Source: Candidatus Roizmanbacteria bacterium CG_4_10_14_0_8_um_filter_39_9
Lineage (GTDB): Bacteria; Patescibacteriota; Microgenomatia; UBA1406; GWC2-37-13
Direction of reading: 5' to 3'
NCBI GenBank assembly: GCA_002784505.1
Contig: PFLF01000043.1
Coordinates: 1-40,853 of the forward strand
DNA length: 40,853 bases
Below the pieces are notes generated by a model. The model was not told where the DNA came from. It saw nothing but the letters and a program-made list of their open reading frames with translations, and ran no database searches. Of the stretch, positions 17,901-24,262 are shown in pieces. The position numbers and the translations under genes were made by a program. The first letter of the stretch is position 1, and each line of letters begins with the position of its first letter.

Positions 17901-18416
17901 TACGACTAGTTGAAAAGCAAATATAAAAATAAGGACAATGGAGGGAATGCCGATAATCAATAAAAATCCAAGAGGTTTTTTTACCTCAGTCAGAGCATAA
18001 CCTAAATAGGGGATAGACGTTATATACTTTCCTTTTATCGCACCCGGCACTACTTCCCACACATCCTTTGATGAATTTGCATCTCCCTTAGTAATGAAAA
18101 AAGGCACAGCCCTATTACCCAATACAGTTGGCTTAATATTGACCATACGGTGGATGATCACCTGACTTTTATTACCTGGGTTTTCAAAAGCAATAATATC
18201 ACCTTTTTTTAAATCAGAGTAAGGTGCATTCTGAACAAATGCAACTGATCCAATTTGGATGTTAGGCTTCATTGATCCGGTTATGACGACAAACGGTTGG
18301 ATCTTATATCTGGTTGGAAGTATGGGGGCTGCAACAAGAAGACACAGTGCTAGGATAACTATGCACACGATCCATTCGGCTATATTAATTATTTTCTTAA
18401 ATATTGTCATACACAA
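14970..18416 (-). CDS. SipW/archaeal-type signal peptidase I fused to a large FN3- and lamin-tail-domain ectodomain
   Basis: The N-terminal ~180 aa contain a TM, 'VITGSMKPNIQIGS' (Ser), 'VIIHRMV' (His), 'FITKGDANSSKD' and 'IPYLGY', then a second TM. A basic loop, a third TM and about 930 aa follow. That region includes an FN3 ('LTWTSPGNNG...YDIRYS...YYFAIRA') and an LTD ('IVINELMWMG...DEWIELRN..IDLSGFKI'). Confidence 0.8.
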   Translation of the reverse strand: MCMTIFKKIINIAEWIVCIVILALCLLVAAPILPTRYKIQPFVVITGSMKPNIQIGSVAFVQNAPYSDLKKGDIIAFENPGNKSQVIIHRMVNIKPTVLGNRAVPFFITKGDANSSKDVWEVVPGAIKGKYITSIPYLGYALTEVKKPLGFLLIIGIPSIVLIFIFAFQLVVGILEEMRKKRSEENKPIKTPHTVVGILIFLFLPLSIFSYKTINALWLKNIDASGISISAKDFVPPPVPLLRSPANNTIMNSAGLQQTWQYVVDEHGSNPVTYYYESCGVDPQLYAGQICPAGQVRYTATYTIANKQTIGGEERIVKNASGAPDGIFWWRVQAIDTVGNRSAWSEVWKLTLDSTKPLKPQVKTIYKGHNSSTWTEVGCGGFTNDTHITIEWYPSTDPNIDYYWFGTKSNTKHAKVYHPTTQYFGNMTPGNNPYSYTIIAVDKAGNESVISNSCGLTLDQVAPSSLSLSIEGSYTKAVEEKFTNGGLESGLTGWTTAGDVAITTGDIITQPFPETDLVINPYDGSSSMARIGNYAYPSDEGNKVWENRLMQSVSGGAKGLSLHYNYASYDNAFDDPGFFIRLNGQEIFKTDPSVLSTADFGVARNTGWQQFSYDLSDYANSDKLNLAIYAGNTTDNTLQSWAYVDAITTYFVSAPGHATYTLVGSDALSGINHYEYRIGGESWQQTSSTFQVTEHGDHWVEYYAVDNAGNNSSIYRVQVITDNQAPATINDLGVAEIRINTATLTWTSPGNNGSSGRAAKYDIRYSTSPIITEDNFNSATSAGKIPVPQEAGLNESVEILGLNPSTAYYFAIRAADEAPNWSGIDTTTGTTTALAPLTSVTAGDIVINELMWMGTSVSTADEWIELRNMTDRTIDLSGFKIQKYNGTTYADMVTLPSSSVAPHSYFLITNYAPGTAGSQLKSSVTADLVTTSVALAAGHLQLQLTDPLSNVLDTAWDYTYDLSTGEGEGLYDAIDLKYYSMERTSVPGIGMDPLNWYSCIDSASRTEFFTTGTVGSDVRGTPRTENRSENEPLAHLTTSVRPTPTVSATPEATLTLADDRKTVSFSVQNIADYDKLSYELSYDAFSIAKGLVGSDVDISSLDKYEKTDLDLATCSGEVCTYDTDVKNVKLIIILTDKDGVKITLEENL

Positions 18417-18467
18417 GTAAATACGAAACCATTTATCAGTTAACTTTCTTTTCTATTAAACGCTCAT

Positions 18468-18496
18468 CTAACATCATGGTTAACTCATGATGTTAG
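18468..18496 (-). terminator. Intercistronic hairpin between the TasA-like gene and the peptidase gene (candidate attenuator or partial terminator)
   Basis: CTAACATCATG-GTTAACT-CATGATGTTAG has a perfect 11-bp stem and a 7-nt loop, 24 nt downstream of the TasA-like stop. No clean U-tract follows. Confidence 0.4.
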
Positions 18497-18519
18497 TGAA
18501 TGCTTAATCAAGTCAAAAA

Positions 18520-19086
18520 TTACATTTGTGTTCCAGTGAGCAACCAAGTTGAGTACGTGCTTGTGCCAGCCAAAGCTTGTGGAAAGCTTGCGTCTGTGTT
18601 CAAACACATGTACATCGTCTTATCTGCTCCTTTTGCGATTGTTACATTAGTTGGGGTAGATACGGCTATCCAAGTGCCAATCTTCTCATTTGCACTGCTA
18701 GGTGCCCATCCTGATTCGCCAAACTTAACATACGTGGTATTAGCCATTTCAGTTGAATTCCACCATGTTGTATTACTCATACTTGTGAGCTGTGCATCAA
18801 TAGCCAAAGTAATATCTGCAGAACTTGAGTTACGCAGATAGACCGGGATATAAGAAGTACAGGTAGTATTGTAATTTGGCATTATGTTTGAAAACGTTGT
18901 TATGGCGCTAAAATTTGCCGTTGACCCATATGATGTGCCGTCAGTTGATACTAATAGTCCGATAGTACCCGCATCTATTCTAATGTTTTGAGCCGTGGCA
19001 GTCGTTGTCCAAAGAGCATATGCTCCTGATCCTAATGCCGCCAATACCACTACTAATGCGATTGTTGATACGATTATCTTTTTCAT
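18520..19086 (-). CDS. TasA/camelysin-like small secreted protein with a SipW-cognate-type signal peptide (candidate fibre major subunit)
   Basis: 'MKKIIVSTIALVVVLAALGSGAYALWTTTATAQNIRIDAGTIGL' parallels TasA 'GGGTWAAFND..FASGTLDL'. The C-terminus 'AGTSTYSTWLLTGTQ' resembles the family's terminal motif. The SD GAGGGGAGGTGAAAA is very strong. Confidence 0.7.
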   Translation of the reverse strand: MKKIIVSTIALVVVLAALGSGAYALWTTTATAQNIRIDAGTIGLLVSTDGTSYGSTANFSAITTFSNIMPNYNTTCTSYIPVYLRNSSSADITLAIDAQLTSMSNTTWWNSTEMANTTYVKFGESGWAPSSANEKIGTWIAVSTPTNVTIAKGADKTMYMCLNTDASFPQALAGTSTYSTWLLTGTQM

Positions 19087-19151
19087 TTATTTTTTCACCT
19101 CCCCTCAAAATTGTTTGCATAAATTTTTAACGAGTTGAAAGCCATACTAAA

Positions 19152-19189
19152 ATCCAGCCCTTACCTCTTGCGAGATTTATTGGCTGGAT
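19152..19189 (-). terminator. Stem / internal loop / GNRA-capped stem followed by U4 (terminator of the upstream gene or a structured leader of the TasA-like gene)
   Basis: The minus strand reads ATCCAGCC-AATAAAT-CTC-GCAA-GAG-GTAAG-GGCTGGAT-TTTT. The element lies 133 nt after the 882-aa gene's stop and 66 nt before the TasA-like start. Confidence 0.35.
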
Positions 19190-19321
19190 GGTTGCACACA
19201 GAGCTCTATGTACATAAATTATGCAAATGCTACAGACTTTCGTAGTAGTTTTTACAGACATATATAACCTTGTTATGATACCCCAAACAACTAGTATATT
19301 TTTACTAAATATATTCATTAT

Positions 19322-21970
19322 TTACATATTTCTCACATCTTTTTGAATCTTTTGAATTGATTTTATATATATTTCAGCTTGTGTATATTTTTTTTGAGTC
19401 ATCGCATCTTCTGCAAGTTGTGTCCGCTTTTCAATTTCAATGAGTTGAAGAGCATTTTTTTGTACTGCTTTTCCGCGGCCTTTCATTTGTAACAAATAAT
19501 TTTGTAGAGGAGAAATGAGTTTCTTTGAGACGGCGATACTTTTGCTTAGCCTTGATGGGACAATCCCAAAATTATAGTTTTCTAATACTTTTCCATATAC
19601 TTCTTCCAGTTTTTCTATTGCATAAAATATTTTTGCCTTCTCGTTTATATTTGATTTTTGATATGCGAGAAACAGTTGCTGATGGGTAAGTAGGAGTGAG
19701 GATTTAAGTCTGCCCTTATTTTGGACTGAGTAAAATTGTTTTGCAAATTTGATATTGCTTATTGATTTTGCTATATCGGTTTTTTTTAGTGTTTTATTTA
19801 TATCCGTCAAATATAGAGCAAGCTCATCAAATAGAGCAGGCGTTGCAGATAGGGGAAAGGAAGGCATTTGAGAGTTGGATTCGATTTGGTATGTGTCAAT
19901 TTGATTAGTCGGAGGATCCTGGGTGATCTCTCCTTCAATCCGATTCCACATATCTTTATTTGACCCTAACTGCCCAATAAAAATGGTATATCTCCCTTTT
20001 TCCTGTCCGATTACTCTCAGTAGGTAATTACCGGACTGAGCATTTTCGATAAATAATTGTCCCTCATTTTCATCATATGTTTTGTTGTCATGAACGACCT
20101 GAAGTTTTGCAGGAGACAACATAAGAAAAATAAGGGATGGACTGATTTGAGTTTTATTACTCTCAGCGACGTCAGGTTCTGCGAAAGATATATTTGCAGC
20201 TTGCAAAATTGCTTTAATTCCCCGAACGGTGTACATTAGTTCACCATGATTGAGATTCGTAAAGATTGGGTTGTTGCCGATCGCTGCAGAACTATTTATG
20301 ACTAAATTATCACCATTCGTTGTTAATCTTTCGGTCGGTCTTCCATCAACATATATATCCAACAGTCGATCCATTACAGATCTATTTGACAATTTGTAAC
20401 CACTCAGCGTGTCAATTGAGTCACCCGCTATGGTTTGCAATGAAGCAAGTGTTTGAGAATTGGGAATTTGATACAAAAGGGGTAATGAATTTTGCATGAA
20501 AAGTGAGGAGTTGGCAATAATGGTGCCATCTCTCATTAAGTAATTTTGAAGCGGCAAAAGATTTTGAGCAATTGGGAAGTAACTATTTATTATTTGTTTA
20601 TCTGAATCAATTCCGTTTCGGTAAAGTTGCAGTATCATTTTCTGGCCCAACCATTCAAATGTGTCGCCTGTTTCGATTTCCCCTGCCTCTACCGGCTTAT
20701 AGGCAAAAGCCGTTCCTCCATGCGGAGCACCGACGGTTAAAACTTTATTAATTTGTGAGGGTCCGTATTTTTGAAGATATATGCGGCTGATAAACCCTCC
20801 CAGAGAGTGGCCGATGAGAATCGGTTTCTGAGTATATTGCTTGTTTTGGATATAAGAATATAATTCATCTGCCGTTTTTTCAGCCGACTGTCTCCAGTCA
20901 TAGTTAAAGAAACGATAGTCAGTATTTTTCACATATCCAAGATTATTTAATGTCTGTTCAATTCCCTTATACTCGTTTACCATCGGATTCATGCTCCATT
21001 GAGATTGGGCGACTTGAGCATTATGAAAGAGCGCCTCCTTATTCCAAGAGGCAAACATACCGGGGATAAGAATAAGGGGATGCTTTGGAAGTGGCGTAGG
21101 AGTTGGAGTGGGGAGAGGATTTAAGGATATTGCAAGATTCAATTTCCAGTCGCCAGAGGGAGTTCCGTAATAAAGCATTAGCTCATTATCTTTTTGAAAG
21201 ACAAAAGGAAAGTATGAAGAGGACATAATCGTGGTACGGTTTATCCACTGGGAAGTACAGGAAAGGGGAGCATGAGTTTCAACATATTCAATTCCCCGCG
21301 GCGAGTGGAAAAATAAATAGTATGAAACCCCATCTTTTATGAAGGACTTCGGAACCGAATCTTGATCGAGAAAATAATTGCCACATTTACTAAAATTGAC
21401 TCCATCAGAAGAAGTGGCTAAACCCGTTTTCCAGTTACCGTTTAATGCGGTATAAAACAGAAAATACGTTTTATTTTCAAAATATATGGTGGGTGATGAA
21501 ACCCCATCTCTCTCCCAACTTAGCTCCGGAAGCAAAATCGTCCGCAATGTTGAAGCATCAAAATCAACGCCGTTTGATGACTCGATTTTCATTATTCTTG
21601 TGTGCTCACCCGAGGGAGTTGTTGCGAAGTACAACAGATATGTTTCACCTACTCTATACATTGAAGGATCATGAATATCCTGACCATTTAGGAAATCAAA
21701 TAATTTAGCTCCTTGCCAATGGATGCCATCACTCGATGTTGCATAGGCGATTCGAAGTCCCGCCCCTACCGAGGTGTACCACATTTTATATTCTCCATTT
21801 TCAAAAATGATTGATGATTGCATTACTCCTGTTTCATTCCAACCTGAGTAGTTTGATACAACGCTCAAAGGGTTGGAAGAATCGGGAACAAACGATTCAA
21901 ATGCATGAATAAACTGCGTATTTAAATGAAAAATAGTAAGAAGGATTAAAATACTGAATATTTTTTTCAT
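19322..21970 (-). CDS. Secreted fusion protein: beta-propeller (GH43/GH130-like fold) + LCAT/PGAP1-like alpha/beta hydrolase (lipase/acyltransferase) + helical C-terminal region
   Basis: There is a signal peptide. Repeated 'W..tg......F.....Y.m.Y' and 'ATSSDG..W/F' blades are followed by a 'PTPTPTPLP' linker. Then come 'LILIPGMFASWN', 'FNYDWRQS' (the LCAT-family YDWR motif) and 'ILIGHSLGGFISR' (GxSxG). Confidence 0.65.
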   Translation of the reverse strand: MKKIFSILILLTIFHLNTQFIHAFESFVPDSSNPLSVVSNYSGWNETGVMQSSIIFENGEYKMWYTSVGAGLRIAYATSSDGIHWQGAKLFDFLNGQDIHDPSMYRVGETYLLYFATTPSGEHTRIMKIESSNGVDFDASTLRTILLPELSWERDGVSSPTIYFENKTYFLFYTALNGNWKTGLATSSDGVNFSKCGNYFLDQDSVPKSFIKDGVSYYLFFHSPRGIEYVETHAPLSCTSQWINRTTIMSSSYFPFVFQKDNELMLYYGTPSGDWKLNLAISLNPLPTPTPTPLPKHPLILIPGMFASWNKEALFHNAQVAQSQWSMNPMVNEYKGIEQTLNNLGYVKNTDYRFFNYDWRQSAEKTADELYSYIQNKQYTQKPILIGHSLGGFISRIYLQKYGPSQINKVLTVGAPHGGTAFAYKPVEAGEIETGDTFEWLGQKMILQLYRNGIDSDKQIINSYFPIAQNLLPLQNYLMRDGTIIANSSLFMQNSLPLLYQIPNSQTLASLQTIAGDSIDTLSGYKLSNRSVMDRLLDIYVDGRPTERLTTNGDNLVINSSAAIGNNPIFTNLNHGELMYTVRGIKAILQAANISFAEPDVAESNKTQISPSLIFLMLSPAKLQVVHDNKTYDENEGQLFIENAQSGNYLLRVIGQEKGRYTIFIGQLGSNKDMWNRIEGEITQDPPTNQIDTYQIESNSQMPSFPLSATPALFDELALYLTDINKTLKKTDIAKSISNIKFAKQFYSVQNKGRLKSSLLLTHQQLFLAYQKSNINEKAKIFYAIEKLEEVYGKVLENYNFGIVPSRLSKSIAVSKKLISPLQNYLLQMKGRGKAVQKNALQLIEIEKRTQLAEDAMTQKKYTQAEIYIKSIQKIQKDVRNM

Positions 21971-22028
21971 TAACTTCTTTCTAATTAATGAATTAAAATA
22001 CTACAATGGACTCTATGCTACATTTACC

Positions 22029-22985
22029 CTATTTTTTCTTGATATAAAGCTCCAGGATAGACCCATGGTAGTGTAGGTTTAGCAGGCGATAAAAAAGCGG
22101 GGCAATACATCTGTCAAATAGTAGATATTTTATTAGGCGCAAGGAAGAATAACTGACTTTTTTAGCCTCATCGGGCCTACCCGAATGCCCCAATTCTAAC
22201 CGCGTAGGTTGGAATTGGACTGGTACAACGGTTCGATAGGCATGTGAGTTTCCTGATTTAAATATGGCTTTAATTATCCCCATAAGATGTTCCGGGTAGC
22301 TATATGTTGACACTTTGTCTATTTGACATCTCGGCGGAGTAATAGTCTTAATTGTTTTTTTAGAAAAAATCCACAAATGATCAGGTGGAGTGAGGAAGGT
22401 ATAATTGTTTTGCTCAGCCTTATATAAATGACTGTCCAAATTGGGTGTCTCAATATATAAAATACCATCTGGGGACAATAATTTACATGCGTCCTTCATC
22501 AATTTTTTTGGATTTGAAACATGTTCGATCACATGAATGAATGTAATAAAATCGTATTTTATATTTTGATGACTCTTTGCATATATTTCAAAACTTGTTT
22601 TATACAATTTTTTGATTGATTTATAAATGGGAACATTATAAAAAGAGCCTGAAGGTTCAACTGCAGAAACGTTAAGGCCAATATCAAGGGCTTCATTGGC
22701 AAAATATCCGTATCCCGACCCAACATCCAACAAGCTAGTCCCTGATGGATTGATACTTTTTAGATTTAGGAGAATTTTTTTTGCACGCGCCCTGATAGGA
22801 GTTTCATTCGTTTTTCCTGCAAAATAATCAAAACTACTTTTATAATACTTATCAATCTGCGTTTTTGATGGTTGAGGATATAAAAAAAGAAGATTACATG
22901 GAACACATCGGTAATATTTATATTGATCAACTTGATTTGCAATTACCGAACTGCAACGACACAGTGGACAAGATGTTTTGGGCAT
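22029..22985 (-). CDS. Class I SAM-dependent methyltransferase with an N-terminal Zn-ribbon
   Basis: The ribbon is 'CPLCRCS...YYRCVPCNLLF'. SAM motif I is 'LLDVGSGYGYFA', and 'FDFITFIHVIEHV' is present. Confidence 0.8.
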   Translation of the reverse strand: MPKTSCPLCRCSSVIANQVDQYKYYRCVPCNLLFLYPQPSKTQIDKYYKSSFDYFAGKTNETPIRARAKKILLNLKSINPSGTSLLDVGSGYGYFANEALDIGLNVSAVEPSGSFYNVPIYKSIKKLYKTSFEIYAKSHQNIKYDFITFIHVIEHVSNPKKLMKDACKLLSPDGILYIETPNLDSHLYKAEQNNYTFLTPPDHLWIFSKKTIKTITPPRCQIDKVSTYSYPEHLMGIIKAIFKSGNSHAYRTVVPVQFQPTRLELGHSGRPDEAKKVSYSSLRLIKYLLFDRCIAPLFYRLLNLHYHGSILELYIKKK

Positions 22986-23029
22986 GTGAAATTATGAGGC
23001 GCATAGTTGATGATAGGCAACCGCTTCTG

Positions 23030-23038
23030 TGCTACAAT
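23030..23038 (+). promoter_or_regulatory. Extended -10 promoter element (TGcTACAAT)
   Basis: TGTGCTACAAT is identical to the 11-mer upstream of the ParB-like gene. It lies in the divergent intergenic region upstream of the + strand methyltransferase genes. Confidence 0.35.
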
Positions 23039-23142
23039 TAGGAGAGTTCGGAGGTTTGGAATAATGTAATTATTGCGAATAACCTTTTCTATGAAATGCG
23101 TTCTCTATTGAGAATCATAAGTGGTTCTTTACCCCCCCATCA

Positions 23143-23388
23143 ATGAAAACTTTGCTTCTAAAAACAGGATATACCATTGAAATACTATCAACTCATGAAG
23201 ATTTTATTGACTTCAAAAAAAATCTTGATGGGAACTGGGGGAGAATTGGAAGCAGTGTTATCCGCAAGATGCTGAAGAGCATATATTTGGTTTGTTTTAC
23301 TCCGTTATACTTCTTCTTTAGAGGTATACTGTGGAATCAGGGCAAGGAAGACTTATTATTTGTTATTGCGCGCAAAATGAATGAATAA
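23143..23388 (+). pseudogene. Stand-alone C-terminal fragment of a class I methyltransferase (remnant of a tandem paralogue; may still be translated)
   Basis: The 81-aa ORF is colinear with the C-terminus of the next gene. 'LLLKTGYTIEILST' matches 'LFALLTSNGFRILNIS', and 'GKEDLLFVIARKM' matches 'GSGEAVLVIAIKL'. No SAM-binding part lies upstream, where an in-frame stop sits at 23092. The ORF overlaps the next start (ATGAATGAATAA). Confidence 0.4.
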
Positions 23389-24211
23389 ATTATTCTCTTC
23401 AAACTGTGTTTGCTCAGTTGTAAAACAACAATTTATTCCGACTATAATATATAGAAACGAAACAGTTTTTAAAAACTATAATGGTCTTGTAATCGCAAAG
23501 TGTCAACATTGCGGGATGCTTAAAACATTCTCAAGTAACAATAAGATAAAAGTTACGCCCGAAATAAGTGAAGTTGAGCACTATGAGGAAAACCGTCAGG
23601 ACTTTCAAAATAGTTTTGAAGAGCTAGTAAACAGGGTCAAGGTGTATATAAAATCTGGATCAGTTCTTGAAGTTGGGGCATCATCGGGGAATTTGATGCG
23701 CGTGTTTCAAGTTCAAGGATTTGACGTCTCTGGCATTGAGCCAAACAGACCGGCATTTAATGTATTGACAAAACAATTTGGCCAACGCGCTTATTACGGA
23801 TATCTAAAAGATTTCATTATCAAAAACAAAGTACAATTTGACCTAGTTATTTACAATCATGTGTTGGAGCATGTTGAAAATCCAAATAATGAGCTTAATC
23901 TTATAAAACAGGTGTTGAAAAAAGGCGGCCTGTTAATTGTGGGAGTACCGAACTGTGACAACATTGTTTTTAAAGTTCGAAGAAAATTCTGGGAATCACT
24001 ATTACCCAATCAACACATCTGGCACTTTTCAACAAAACATCTTTTTGCCTTGCTTACATCGAATGGTTTCAGAATTCTTAACATCAGCTACAACAATCAT
24101 AAACGCAAAGACTATCCCTTAATCAAGAAAATATATTTTTGGTTTCTTGTGGGATTTAATCGTCTGAAAGGCTCAGGAGAGGCGGTACTTGTTATAGCTA
24201 TAAAACTATAG
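23381..24211 (+). CDS. Class I SAM-dependent methyltransferase with an N-terminal Cys4 ribbon
   Basis: The ribbon is 'CVCS...CQHCGMLKT'. Motif I is 'VLEVGASSGNLM', and 'FDLVIYNHVLEHV' is present. Confidence 0.8.
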   Translation: MNKLFSSNCVCSVVKQQFIPTIIYRNETVFKNYNGLVIAKCQHCGMLKTFSSNNKIKVTPEISEVEHYEENRQDFQNSFEELVNRVKVYIKSGSVLEVGASSGNLMRVFQVQGFDVSGIEPNRPAFNVLTKQFGQRAYYGYLKDFIIKNKVQFDLVIYNHVLEHVENPNNELNLIKQVLKKGGLLIVGVPNCDNIVFKVRRKFWESLLPNQHIWHFSTKHLFALLTSNGFRILNISYNNHKRKDYPLIKKIYFWFLVGFNRLKGSGEAVLVIAIKL

Positions 24212-24217
24212 ATTTAT

Positions 24218-24256
24218 TTATCAGTTCGGAACTGATAAACATCTCGGAGGTGATAA
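24218..24256. repeat. 39-nt REP-like element (copy 3) between convergent genes
   Basis: TTATCAGTTCGGAA-CTGATAAACAT-CTCGGAGGTGATAA has the same 39-nt architecture as 12904 and 13681. Its first 23 nt with one flanking T form a perfect palindrome (TTTATCAG TTCGGAA CTGATAAA), so it can act as a bidirectional terminator. Confidence 0.75.
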
Positions 24257-24262
24257 GAAAAT

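Noticed and set aside
19127-19318. 63-aa minus-strand ORF in the gap upstream of the TasA-like gene
   Set aside because: It has no SD, is Cys/Ile-rich and non-protein-like, and spans a terminator-like structure. I treated the region as non-coding.
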